DNA of 64,000 nucleotides from Schizochytrium sp. TIO01 (Eukaryota > Protista > Bigyra: Labyrinthulomycetes): the NCBI GenBank assembly GCA_004764695.1, contig SMSO01000036.1, positions 806,001-870,000 on the forward strand, in the 5' to 3' direction. Of this stretch, positions 33,842-45,579 are shown in pieces. The translations under genes and the position numbers were made by a program. How positions within the stretch are numbered: position 1 is the first letter of the stretch; every line of letters starts with the position of its first letter. The notes under the pieces were generated by a model. The model was not told the origin of the DNA and did no database searches. It saw only the letters and a list, made by a program, of their open reading frames with translations.

Positions 33842-35881
33842 ATGGACGAGCTTGCACAATGTCAAGCACGCATTACGGAGCAACAGAAAAAGCTGGAGGA
33901 GATCGAACGCAAGCGCGAGGAGCTTGCACAAGCGCGTGAGAAACGCAAGCTTGAGGAGGAGAAAGAGCGCATCAAGAAAAAAGAAGAAGCGGAAGTCAGG
34001 AGGAAGAGACAGAAGCTCAGTCTATCTCCTGCTAGAGCAGAAATTGAGACTGGTGGGCAGATTCTCTCCTGCCTTCTCATGGAGCACACCAAAGAAGAAT
34101 TCAGCAAATCGGTGCATAGCTCATTTCGTAGCGCCCGGGGAAATTGCGTTCTTCTCTGCACAGGTACCAGTGATGGTAAACTTGGGTTCTGGGATGCCTT
34201 GGACTCTTTCTCAAGTGTTACTACCATGGAACTAAAGACTGGATCAAGTATCTTCTCAATTGTGGAAATGAAGGGCTCGTTGCAGTTTGCTACCTCGTCG
34301 AGAAGCTCCTCTAAAACGTCAGCCTTTTCAACAAAAGGAAACCCTCTTGAATCTACATCCTCACCAGCTTCAGCTGAAGATCAGTCTGGCGAAGGTCAAG
34401 TCTCTTTACTTGTGGTGGGAGTAGGGTGTGATATTGCCTTGCTCAGTTTGTGGAATCTAAGCCAAGTGCATAGTATTGAAGAAGCCCACTCTCACGAGAT
34501 TCAAGTCCTTACGACTTTGCATGATGAGGTTTCAAATCGGAATCTTCTTTTCTCTGGAGCCCTCGACGCAACAGTTGCATGCTGGGACTCTTCGACTTGG
34601 ACTTGCCTGTTCCGTTTGAAAGGCCATGAGGACAACGTCCTTTGCCTCCTAGGTTTACCAGGGCTTCCTGGCGCACCAGAATCGTGCCGGCTTCTCAGTG
34701 GATCTGACGATTCCACAATTCGTGTATGGAATGTACCGAAGTGTGTTAAAGATGCACTGGCTCGAGCTAATGGGATTCTAACGGCTGTGCAGAATGAAGA
34801 AGGAGATACTACGTCTTCACAAAAGAGCGAAGTGAGTAGCGCCGATCCGAAGCAAGGGCCAGCTGGCAATGGAAAGGAATCCTCCCATGTCGAAGAGAGG
34901 TCAATTGCTGTGAAAAATTTGGCAGATGCTACAAGTGCCACCGCTGGGGCTTGTGTTTTTGAGAAAGCTGAACATATCATTAAAGACAACTCCGACTTTA
35001 TTAGTGCTCTCTGTCGTGTAACCATCGCCACCAACTCAACTTCGTCCTCCTCTTCAGACTCGCCTACAGATATTGATCTTGTTGTCGCTTCATCTGCAGA
35101 CTTTAATATTCGCGTCTACAATCGTTCTTGGGAATGTTTACGCGTCCTTGAGACTAGCATTTTTGCGACTCACCTTGTTGCATGCGGTACTTTTCTATTT
35201 GCCGCTACGCGCTTTGGTGATGAAGGCGATCCTGGCAAGATTGAACGGTGGCAACTTCCTAGCCTCAAGCCCTTTTCTTGGAAGCGTGTCTCAAAGCCCT
35301 TGAATGTAATGCCGTGCAGTACTTTAGTTGCAAAGGAATTCCCGCTTACTCGTTTTGCTGCACCAACCCAACCAGAGAGCAAAGCCCCACAAATGGCTCT
35401 TATGCTTCTCAGCGCTGATGAGGACGAGGAATGTATCCGTGTATGGGCGTCTCCGTTTAAAATTGCCCAGCAGCATTCCAAAACTGATCAAAAGGCCATA
35501 GCATCGGGCCAGAATAGTCCAGCTATACCCCGTCATGCTCTTCAGGGGGACCAGAACTCGGGTCAACAGCTCTCAGCACCTCTTTCAAACGCTGCATCAG
35601 TTCCGCTGCCTCCACAAGTGCACACCATTGCCCCTCCGGTGGCACATGTATCACATGCAGATACTTCGCAAACATTTGCCCAGCATCAAATTACTGCCCA
35701 TTCCTCAGCACTTGCATACTCCCCCACCATTGCTGCGTCTACAAGTGGTGATGCTCTTGCTAAAAGGTTTATTCGGGACATGTTGCATATCCCGGGTCTT
35801 TCACCAGACATGGCCCGAATCCTGCGCGTATGTCTCGATTTACACGTTTGTAACCCAAGCCCTGGTGAAAGGGCAAACTGA
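33842..35881 (+). CDS. WD40-repeat protein with N-terminal coiled coil
   Basis: E/K/R-rich N-terminal coil; WD repeats TGTSDGKLGFWD, LFSGALDATVACWD, LKGHEDNVLCL...LLSGSDDSTIRVWN, SSADFNIRVYN. Confidence 0.85.
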   Translation: MDELAQCQARITEQQKKLEEIERKREELAQAREKRKLEEEKERIKKKEEAEVRRKRQKLSLSPARAEIETGGQILSCLLMEHTKEEFSKSVHSSFRSARGNCVLLCTGTSDGKLGFWDALDSFSSVTTMELKTGSSIFSIVEMKGSLQFATSSRSSSKTSAFSTKGNPLESTSSPASAEDQSGEGQVSLLVVGVGCDIALLSLWNLSQVHSIEEAHSHEIQVLTTLHDEVSNRNLLFSGALDATVACWDSSTWTCLFRLKGHEDNVLCLLGLPGLPGAPESCRLLSGSDDSTIRVWNVPKCVKDALARANGILTAVQNEEGDTTSSQKSEVSSADPKQGPAGNGKESSHVEERSIAVKNLADATSATAGACVFEKAEHIIKDNSDFISALCRVTIATNSTSSSSSDSPTDIDLVVASSADFNIRVYNRSWECLRVLETSIFATHLVACGTFLFAATRFGDEGDPGKIERWQLPSLKPFSWKRVSKPLNVMPCSTLVAKEFPLTRFAAPTQPESKAPQMALMLLSADEDEECIRVWASPFKIAQQHSKTDQKAIASGQNSPAIPRHALQGDQNSGQQLSAPLSNAASVPLPPQVHTIAPPVAHVSHADTSQTFAQHQITAHSSALAYSPTIAASTSGDALAKRFIRDMLHIPGLSPDMARILRVCLDLHVCNPSPGERAN

Positions 35882-38800
35882 AGCATTTATAGAGAACTAC
35901 TATAGATCCTAGCTATACTCCGAAAATATATTCATAGGCAATAAAAATGCGAAGGTAATCGCAGGATGCGTGCGCGGGGGGAAGAAGAAACTAAGCATCT
36001 TGTAAAGCCCGTCTAGTTGTGCAACTTTTTGAAAACAGCAAACTTACCCTCTTCAGCTAGACAGCACAGTATTTTGCTGACTAGTGAAAGGAGGGTTAAT
36101 TATTGATTAGGACTTTATGATTGTTAGATTGCACACAGAATCGTAGCTGCCATTAAATACTGAACAGAAATTAACGGTGCAAGCTGAAAGTATCTTTGGA
36201 AGATTGTGCTACATTCCAGTAAACTAATTTCGAATTTTTTTATTTTTAAAGGGAACAAATAGATTTAGTATGTTATGAATTAAGAGGTTCTCTAAAAGAG
36301 ATATTTAATGCAAGATCTCTACACCTTTGATTGCTGCATTTCTTCTATGAATTTGCAGCTCAATTTTCTATTTCTACTATTTTCATAGAAATAGGTATTT
36401 GGAGATTCGCCAAAGAACACTATGTCCCTCTCAATTCGTCATAGAGTTTGTCCTTCTTTACAATGGTAGCTTCTCTATTTCCTGATTGATCCTTCAATTA
36501 AACGGGACTTCGCAAACAATTTCTACAAGTGCATTCAAAGCAGAATTATATACTTCAAAGAGACTGGCTTCGTTGCCGATATTGTTTGTCATTCTTTGTT
36601 CTCTTTACTTTTACAAATAAAGAGCACTGTTGATCTGAACGTAGAACTAACTCGTTCAGTACAGTCGGTTTGAAAATATACTACTTGATGAAGCTACCCT
36701 ATGATACGAGCTGCAAGTTTCTTCTTCTTTTCGGCGGTTTGGAAAGCCACCTACACATAGTTGAAAAAAAGATCGCAATTCCTGAGTCTGGAATGCGTCT
36801 CATTGCCATTTAAGATTTTATCAAACTAAAGCATTATAGCATTTAAAGCTACCGCAACGTAATCGAAGCCTACGGCTGTCAACGTTCCATTCAATGCAAG
36901 GCTGACAGTACTTTTATTGTGCTAGCTGCATCATGTGATATATCATTCAGGACGCCATGGAAATTTGGAGAGACATAACCAAGTCCTTCGCGCCTCCGTT
37001 CAATGTTACCTCTTCAATGTAAAACGTCAGTAGTCAACAACTCAGGAGGGTGGCTGAGGTATTTTACTAGAATGGCCCCAACCGATGAATTGAGTGAGCG
37101 TGAACGTCAATCTCCAAGCTATTGTGCTTCCTATATCCATGGTTGTCTTCTGTGATCACGACTTACCTTACTTTCTTGATTCAAAAGCTGGAAGAAAAAC
37201 AAACCTTTACCAAGGGAGTAGCTGTAAGTGAGTCTCCACATCCAACACTGTACAGCATTCATAGTTTGACTTAAGAATTTACCCAACCTTAAGGAAAATA
37301 ATTGTGGAAATAGTTGAATAGAAAGAACGGTGCAAATTAACTGCGGAAGCTTACGCTGATTCGAGTATTGTGCTGTCGTGCCTTGCAACCGGTCAAACAC
37401 TCGAACATCTATAGTATCGAGTATCACCGAACAATCCACTGTCTCTTCCACTATGGTACTGATCTAAACGTCTGTTAGTTATACTTCTGTCGATGGGGAT
37501 AGTAGCTAGGATGCAAAATACCGTTCTGACCACGTCTCTGGCTTATAAATATGCAGTGGATTATGCAACAGAGTAACTCGAAGCTCTTTCTCGCGCTCTG
37601 TGTAGTTGAACTGTTGATCATGCTTCTCTTGTCCTTGTATAGGCGTAAGAACATGCAGCCAGTACTCCTGACTCCGTTGACGGGCATGTACAGCTCTATT
37701 TAAATTTGTGCAATTGATTCCTTCTTGGATTCCTCGTTCTAGCAGCGGGCCCTCCTTTTGGCCTGAGTAGGATTATCAGATCATGATGGAGCCTTTGCAT
37801 GGGAGTATTGGCTCCTATGCTGGGGAGCAAATATTCAATTGAGGACTTGGGCACGGAGCAGTCCAAGGCTTTTGTTTAGTCCACTTTCTCACTCCTTGCC
37901 TGGGCTTTCGCATTCACCTTAGACTGTCACAAGCCTTTCCCCTTATTTTGGTGAGACTAGGTAGAGGAGCGCGGTGTTTGTGCAAGAGCAATGTGTCGCT
38001 ATTTGGGAGTGCACTTTTCGGCACAACAACAGGATTATGAGCGATTGTTTCGATTTGAGTATCCACCCAAGTCAAAGAATGACTAGTGATATCTGTCTTG
38101 GCTTGAGTAGGTAGAAACCTTAATAATATACTGTAATAGTACTGCTCTTTAAGGTTCTTTTTTGTTTGTTTGTCTATAAATCGGTCCCAGCACTAAGGGA
38201 GACTTTATTTCTATATAATTTGTCTTGTTAACTTTTGGAATCGCGGAGTGCGTTTAAAAAAAGGGAGGTAAATTATCCACATTTGATATTCACGGTGCAA
38301 TTTGGTGAGACAGTAATAAGACTGCAAAAACATCACTAGTCATAGGACCTGCGCACCTCCTATCAATTGTATGCTTCTTGGGATTTTCTCCAACTTGAAG
38401 CAAAGTGATTTCTGCTACCTGGCGAGAGTGTAATTGAGTAGCAATATGCTGATATCACTAGGCCATTTTATAAGTAAACTATTGGCGAGCATAGCAAAGA
38501 ATATTCAGCTTGGACCAGGCATTCAAAAGGTTCACTGTTTAGAAGAAGAAGAGCGCCCTCCTGCAAAACGGATGCAGCTTGCGATATATTCACCATAATT
38601 ATAGATTGGGTTTTACTTGAGTTTATACCCTTAGCATAATTGAAAGGAGCGATGGAGGTAGGGCTAGCTAGTGAATTATGAACCAAGATGCCTGGTAGGT
38701 AAAATAATACGTATGTAGTAGAACACCTCCTTCTCTGTCTGCACTCTTCGCTATGCTATCGCAATCAATCATTTTCTTTATGTGAGAAATTAGGTGGTTC

Positions 38801-39555
38801 TACTTAGAGCTCTTGTACAAAACCACCTCGCATGAACAGAACTGCTAGCTTTGACAACAGTGTGATAGAGTGTCCCCTCCCCGGATTCCCATGTCCTCGG
38901 ACTTGAGCACATAATTGAGCATTCCTCAAGTTCGTGAGGACAATAAATTTTGAGCCAAAGAAAGGCTTTTGCGAAGCGGGGAGTTTACCTTAATTCCTAC
39001 ACCTTACTATATTTTTTTTCTGAAAAGCAAGAGAACATATGCGATTAGGCACCCACTACCTATAGATGGCAATTCGTTGCTGCACGTTATGCTAGTGAAG
39101 AAAGAACTATACTGTAGGTATGGTACTACCTAGATACCTACCCCTACATTCCCATCTGCGTACTAACCTACTGTCTTAGCAGTCAGTCAATAAAAGTTTA
39201 GTTGTCCACGCCCTTCATCTTGCCTCAACTTGCTGCGACTTTCTTGCTTCAACTGAAAGTTCTAAGCTCAAGTGAGTTGTCCTCGCAGGTTGTTGCAACG
39301 TCTTGCCAACTGCTGCCATCATAAACGTTAGTTCAGTGCTCTTACAGGCGTGAGCCTTTGAGTATTGATGTAAGATTGCTAACCAACTAGCCCTAGATAT
39401 GATAAACTAGTAAGATAGTCACAACTACCAAACCGAAGTTTCCCTCCTCCTTTAAAAAAAATAAATAAATTTAATAAATAAATAAATTAATTAATTAAAG
39501 AGAACTTTCTGTAATACATAAAAACGTTTTGGCATATATTATATATGTAAAATAG

Positions 39556-39588
39556 GTCTTTCGGGTCTTTCGGGTCTTTCGGGTCTTT
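39556..39588. repeat. 9-bp tandem repeat (GGTCTTTCG) x~4
   Basis: ggtctttcgggtctttcgggtctttcgggtctttc. Confidence 0.85.
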
Positions 39589-41246
39589 CACACTAGCATA
39601 TCTGGGCTCCTTGAATGATGATAGGTTGAAGGATAACTAGAAAGTCAATATGATTAAGGGGTGAGGTGGTTCGGAGAATCTCCATCCACTGAGAACAATT
39701 ATATTGCTAGGTTCTCTATTCGGTGTCAGTTGTTAAAGGCAATTTCTTTTTGTGTGCTAGCACAGAGTGCTAATGAATGATCAGTTCCGTCTAGAACTAT
39801 TTAGACATATGGTATATAGTTCGCAACAGTCGCTACTAAGTGCTCTATTACTTTTATTTTTTATTTTTCAAATGTTGAAGTGAAATTCGAATTATTCTAC
39901 TCTTTTATTTCTTTGTTTTATTTCTCTGAGAAAGAGTTTAGCTTTTCATGCTTGATTCTAGGGTGGGCACGGGTAGTATCTCCTATGCTAACCTTCTGAC
40001 ATGTCTCATAATTTAAACACCATCTTTCTAATTATAATGGTTTTATTTATACGGGCGTATAACTACACATATATTATTTTTACTATTTATTTTTTATTTT
40101 CTAGTATCTAGAGTAGTGTAGCATTGCTTTCTGCAAGAGAAGGGGTATTCCATGTTTAAAGCGTTCGTTGGGTGGAAAATAAGAAAGTCAGCACATTGAG
40201 TAATTTTGTGTATGCTAAGAGAGCCCTCGAAAACGTATATTTTCTCTCCCCTTAATAAAACAACAGAAAGTAGTAGTATCAAGTATTGACGTCAGTTGTT
40301 CATAGAATAATACTTGCCAATATTACGCTACTAAGATTATCCATCTACCTACCATTAGGGAGTGCCTACTGGCGAGCTCAAAGTCTGTAGTGGGTTTTCA
40401 CCAGTCGATACTAATGGTGTCTGACATCACCTACTATTAATAGTACTTGCGCTTTTTCCGTTTAATTTTTTAATTTCTTTTTAAAATAAAAGTTAATGTA
40501 TTAAGAAATACTCACAAGTTCCTACATATAGGTGAAGCAGGGGACACATATCTTTACCTTTAAATTACTGGAAGTACATGTTTTCAACCTGCTAGTGATA
40601 AAAATAATGAAAAGAATAAGAGAGAATAAGAATAAATCGAAAAGTCGCTAAGAAAAAAACAAAGATTGAGAGACACAGACGAGACGCACCGTTGCGGCAA
40701 AAGCCCAACGGAGGCCTCAGAGTTTAAGCAGCAAGAACAAACTACAGGCCCCCTAGCAAGAGAGCCTCGCTGGGACCGGCCGCTACCCCTGACCTGTGGA
40801 AACCGATCGCCCCTTAATCAGCGCGGCACGGAAGTAAGTCTCTGTCTGCGCGCGTGGCTGCTCTTCCCGTTCGCTAATCTGTCTCTCCCAGCCACGCACA
40901 AAAATCACTTTTTGGAATCGAAGTAATAATAGGACCAGAGCTAAAGCGAGAAAGGTAGCAAACGATTTGCATCCAGTCACCAATTTGTGGAGCAGTGTCT
41001 CGTTATTTTCAGGCTTTCCTCCACTTCAATCGTCTTGCTCTTTCGTGCCTTCGTATTATTTGGTCTGGGCTGAATTGCGAACTTGAAATTAGAAGGACCT
41101 TCAGAAGGTCTTCAAGTCACTAAACGGCAAACTCTGTTTGAGAGATTCTTTCTCTCGTGCAATCATTCTTTTCATTTCTAAGATTGCTCGTGAAAGGCCA
41201 AGATTCATAAACTATCTTGCGGTCAATACCGAACAGCGCGGCTGAA

Positions 41247-43121
41247 ATGAACATGAGCCACGTGGGGGGTTCTGATTATGGTAACAGATCTTCTTTAGAC
41301 TCGACCATGCATTCATATCACCAGGATACGAGATGTGAGAATGGCAGTGGCATGGACCCGCACTTGCATGACTCGTCCATCGTTAATCAGCCGCTCAATT
41401 TGTCAAGTCTCGAAGCTCCAGATTCAAACCCAGCCAGGAGACATCAGATCATAGATTCTCTCAATATGGGTACAGGCTCCTCTGCATCAGGAGGCGCCCC
41501 CCGACTAGAATTTCGTGCTGGCACAACATGGAAGCTCGCATATCAGCGTAACAACAAGTCAAAGGACCAGAAGAACCTTCGATGCTTCCCCAACTGCTGT
41601 CTTGGTTTTGGACATCAGGATGGCTTCTGTGGACAGTCTATTACTGTCGTATTTGATTACATTCCAGCAAGTATATCTGCCAATTCTCTAGTAGCATGTG
41701 GTGAATTTGCTGTTGATGGCAGCTCTGGTCACGTCCCAGGAAGTATCATTACGCTCGACTGTATTAACAAGCATGGAGCAGAAGATGAAGACAAGAAACA
41801 ATTTTGCTATATGAAGGGCCATCGAATGCCTCTGAAACATCAGCAGCAACACCATATGCAACAGCTTCATAGCAGCGAACTTGGAGAGTTTAAGTCTCTA
41901 CCTGGTCATCAACAAACACTTTTTGAGTTCAATCGAAACCTTAAGGGATGGCATTATGGGTTTCTTGGATCGAAAAAAACCCGGAACATGTATCACGTCT
42001 TTCGTGCTTATGTTCTTGAGAAAGTCCAAGAAGCCAATAGTGCCAACGATCTGGCAAAATATAAGGTTCTGGCAATGTGTCAATCCCCACCTTGGCAAAT
42101 GTATTGCCGCCGTCGTAAGTATAACCATATTGTGCAGAAGAAAAGCCGTCGTGTGGTAGGATCCTCAGCATCTGAAGCTGCAGAAGCTGAAATGCAAATC
42201 CAGCGTCAGATTGATGAGGAAGCTAGCAAAGCTGCTGCAGCTAAAGCGATGGCACGACGCGTTGCTAGCGCAAATGCGCGGAATCGTATCCATGGTGAAC
42301 ATCTCACTCACCCAATGGACCCCATCAACGATCTTACGGGTGAATCGTATGTTCGAAACGAGCCTATGAAGCGAGCTCGAGGTGCTCAAAGCATGGCTAG
42401 TGATGCTGGGTCTTTCAAGCGCCGACCAAAGGCAATTTCTATTCCTGCCCCTCGCTCCGATCATCGCCGCTCCGGATCAATGTCAGAATATAAATCTGAG
42501 GGACTTGATGTGTTTGGCTCTATTTCTCTGGACAACCAAGGAGTCCATGATTTTGAAGCCCAATTTGCCTCGCTGCAGCGAGGAGGTGCACCTTTGCCTA
42601 ATCTCTCTTCACCTTCTGGTCTGCACTCTGATACTAGGTTTGAACGCCTTGTGAAACTGATACGAGAGCTCGGCCTTCCTGAACATCTTGAGCCCCATAA
42701 GTTTTCTGTAAGCAATCAAAAGATGGGACAGTTTTCCCAACAGGTGTGCTCTTTCTTAGTTCACTGGAAGGAATTGATTACCCAATGGCCGCCTCAGATT
42801 CCATACCGAGCACATGAGTACATTCATCGGGTGCGTGATCCTCACGACAAAGGAGCAGAAAACGTGTTGGACGATTATGAACGATTTGCGCTTTTTATGC
42901 TGACCAGAAGGCAGTTTCGCCATGACGTTACTGTGTTTGCGAAAACAAATCAAGGTGGGCTTCGGAATGCAGATCCTTATGAAGTAAGTGTTTTTGCACT
43001 GAAGCTTTTCACAGAGCACTTTCAACACTTTCTAAAAGAAGACGGCAAACCTGTAGATTTCCGTTCTGACAACATTGTTAAAGAAGAAGGGGGGCCGCAC
43101 GCGCCCAGTGTGGATATCTGA
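41247..43121 (+). CDS. Putative transcription factor with a Cys/His-containing, beta-rich conserved domain (N-terminal part of a split gene)
   Basis: ATG at 41247. Domain YQRNNKSKDQKNLRCFPNC...H..GFCG...WHYGFLGSKKT..YHVFRAY...SPPWQMYCRRRK, flanked by low-complexity, basic and helical regions. Possible 5'UTR intron 40834(GTAAGT)-41182(AG). Confidence 0.7.
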   Translation: MNMSHVGGSDYGNRSSLDSTMHSYHQDTRCENGSGMDPHLHDSSIVNQPLNLSSLEAPDSNPARRHQIIDSLNMGTGSSASGGAPRLEFRAGTTWKLAYQRNNKSKDQKNLRCFPNCCLGFGHQDGFCGQSITVVFDYIPASISANSLVACGEFAVDGSSGHVPGSIITLDCINKHGAEDEDKKQFCYMKGHRMPLKHQQQHHMQQLHSSELGEFKSLPGHQQTLFEFNRNLKGWHYGFLGSKKTRNMYHVFRAYVLEKVQEANSANDLAKYKVLAMCQSPPWQMYCRRRKYNHIVQKKSRRVVGSSASEAAEAEMQIQRQIDEEASKAAAAKAMARRVASANARNRIHGEHLTHPMDPINDLTGESYVRNEPMKRARGAQSMASDAGSFKRRPKAISIPAPRSDHRRSGSMSEYKSEGLDVFGSISLDNQGVHDFEAQFASLQRGGAPLPNLSSPSGLHSDTRFERLVKLIRELGLPEHLEPHKFSVSNQKMGQFSQQVCSFLVHWKELITQWPPQIPYRAHEYIHRVRDPHDKGAENVLDDYERFALFMLTRRQFRHDVTVFAKTNQGGLRNADPYEVSVFALKLFTEHFQHFLKEDGKPVDFRSDNIVKEEGGPHAPSVDI

Positions 43122-43875
43122 AACCTCAGAGAATGACCATAACACTAGCAACAACAACGTTCACAGCGCGCTATCAGCTGGACTCGGCCCTGGAACATCA
43201 GCTTCGGGTCTCGCCCCGTTCCTTCCAGGGAACTATTTTGACATCTCACTCACGCCCAGAGCAAATCACTTGAATCAGGAAGACTATGATATGTTGCAGG
43301 CATCGCTTCAAACCCCTCGTGGTTTATCCGGCGGACCTGCACCGTGGGGATCAATGGGAAACTCTGCCCTAGGTAATGGATTTCGCTTCTCTAGCTTCAA
43401 CGCTAGTGGAAAGCATTTTGACCCCAACACCCTCACGTCAGCTTCATCTTCATCATCTTTCACAAAAGAGTCAAACATTGGAAAGTCGTTGTCTGGTCTC
43501 ACTCCTAAGAACTCATTCCTCATGACACCGAAGGGGTCTTTTATGCTTTCCCCAAAGAACTCGTTTTCGTTAAATCCACGATTTCTCAACAGCGATCCCA
43601 AAATGGATCTCGATATGATGAACCTTCCGAGTCCAGGCTTTCGAAGCCCGAGGCTCTTTGCTCAGGTCGACACCTTTCTGGAGGATACCAAAGATTATCC
43701 TTCCCTTGCATCTGCTAATATGTCTTTGCACTCTCCTTCAGCGAAGGACTCGCAAACCGCTTTCAAGGCATTTATGTCTAGTAATGCGCAGCGTGGGTCC
43801 AGTAGCAATGTACTGATGTCGTCGACTAACTCAAACGTTTATCCTACTGCGTCAAATTCCTCCTCATCAAATTAA
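43075..43875 (+). CDS. Ser/Pro-rich low-complexity tail with repeated (L/M)(T/S)P(R/K) motifs, probably the C-terminal part of the 41247 gene
   Basis: 266-codon open frame, +1 relative to the upstream ORF and overlapping its end, with no early ATG. Repeats LTPR, LQTPR, LTPKNSF, MTPKGSF, LSPKNSF. Confidence 0.65.
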   Translation: MLKKKGGRTRPVWISETSENDHNTSNNNVHSALSAGLGPGTSASGLAPFLPGNYFDISLTPRANHLNQEDYDMLQASLQTPRGLSGGPAPWGSMGNSALGNGFRFSSFNASGKHFDPNTLTSASSSSSFTKESNIGKSLSGLTPKNSFLMTPKGSFMLSPKNSFSLNPRFLNSDPKMDLDMMNLPSPGFRSPRLFAQVDTFLEDTKDYPSLASANMSLHSPSAKDSQTAFKAFMSSNAQRGSSSNVLMSSTNSNVYPTASNSSSSN

Positions 43876-44754
43876 TTACATAGGAGAACCTAACAAACTG
43901 CCCTGCCCAGTGTTTCATAACGATTTTGCCAGCTTTACTTGTTTGAGTTTTTGAATTCGATTTTACTCATAGGGTAAAAGGAAGTGCGAACAGCGTGGTT
44001 CGATGGGGGATGTAGGCTTTTCGTGGTATCGAAAAGAACTTGGATTCATTTACTGATCTTGAGATGCCATTTATACTAGCAGGGTAATCAATGGTTATAT
44101 CATAAAGATTTGTTGATTACTCCCATTAGTCAGAGGCTGCTCCCCAAGTTAAATTCATTTACTGAAACAAAGTTTTGCTTTCTCTACCATAGTACTAGAG
44201 CGAGCCTTTAGCTATAGGTAATAAGCAATACCACTCATTGAGTACTACTCAGCGACCTCAGAGAGTGTTGCTCCGGCTAGCATGATTTATGATTTTACTT
44301 AATTGTTTATTTTTAGTTTGTGTTAAAACATATATATATTTTTTAATAATCAATGATCTTCTTGAATTTTCTCTTTGATACTGATTATTTCAAATGCCAC
44401 AGTAATTATTTGGAAACTTTTTGAGGACATACAAAATATCTCTCAACTGGCAATTTACTTTTTAAAATTGATACATCCGTGAAACAAAGAGGGTCGCCTT
44501 ACTATTGTTTGTGTTGGCGATATTAAAGTCATCTTGAACATCAAACAACTTTGTTCAAAAGGACTAGTTGCATTATACACCGGGTAGCCTATCTAGCAGT
44601 TTTCCAATAGCTAAGTTATTGTAGAGCTCCTCGGGAACATGTTCTCTTAGGACGGGGGTATAATAGAATAAATGTTGGTATTTTTGAAATTGAAGAGAGA
44701 ACGGTTTGAGTAGCCAAACTTTTCAACGATTGTAGTATAATATGTAAAACCCGA

Positions 44755-45579
44755 ATGACACAGAGTGCAGAAACGCATTGCGAGTGTGTTAGGTTACTAG
44801 TGCAGAAAGGACCCATCATCGATCCAGCTTGTAAGCTCATGCAGGCCGAGCACTGTATAGACAAGGATAGTGACTGCTTCATGAATGCGAAGAGAAAGAG
44901 AACGAAGAGTTTTGCGATAGGAAGTGATATTGTTTATCATTCGGGAACAAGCTCTAAATACTTCTCTGGAAAGGAAAGAGCAAAGAAGATGCATAGTATA
45001 GGTGCGACGAAGCGCAAGGCAGACATAGACTCTAATAATTTGGTACCATCCAATACTTCAACTCAGAATGCTAATCTACTGAACGTAGTTGATGAGAAGA
45101 GTCAACGGAACGATCACAACACCCAGCAAGCGGCTCCAAACAGCGAATCTGATTATGGCATTACCCTAGATAAAGGCGCCATCAAAAACTCTACCTCGAT
45201 TCGTAAAAAATGTGAAGAAACAAAAAATAAACGACAGCGCCTCGATGTCAATATTAATTTACCAGCTCGAACTTCAGCCTATGTGTGCAAACTACGTATG
45301 GGACTTGCAGAAATTCCGAGAGGAATGGTTTGGACCTTTTCTGGCCTTGCGCGCCAAATCGGGTCAAGTCCTAGGCTTGTAGCTAGTGAAGTACGGCGCC
45401 TGCGAAGAATTGGTAAGGAGGATCCCTGTAAAGCTGTACCTGGAGTTCATCGGGTTGTCGCATCAACAGGAAAGTTGGACGAGATCTCCCCTCTTGGTTC
45501 GCAAAGTACCCTACTGCGATGCGAAGGCGTGGAATTTGATGCTCAAGGCCATGTGAGTCGGCGATGTATGAAAAGCTAA
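44755..45579 (+). CDS. Alkyltransferase-like (ATL/MGMT DNA_binding_1 domain) protein with long basic N-terminal extension
   Basis: C-terminal EIPRGMVWTFSGLARQIGSSPRLVA...VPGVHRVVASTG...QSTLLRCEGVEFD matches the MGMT/ATL fold; there is no catalytic Cys at the PCHR position. Confidence 0.75.
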   Translation: MTQSAETHCECVRLLVQKGPIIDPACKLMQAEHCIDKDSDCFMNAKRKRTKSFAIGSDIVYHSGTSSKYFSGKERAKKMHSIGATKRKADIDSNNLVPSNTSTQNANLLNVVDEKSQRNDHNTQQAAPNSESDYGITLDKGAIKNSTSIRKKCEETKNKRQRLDVNINLPARTSAYVCKLRMGLAEIPRGMVWTFSGLARQIGSSPRLVASEVRRLRRIGKEDPCKAVPGVHRVVASTGKLDEISPLGSQSTLLRCEGVEFDAQGHVSRRCMKS

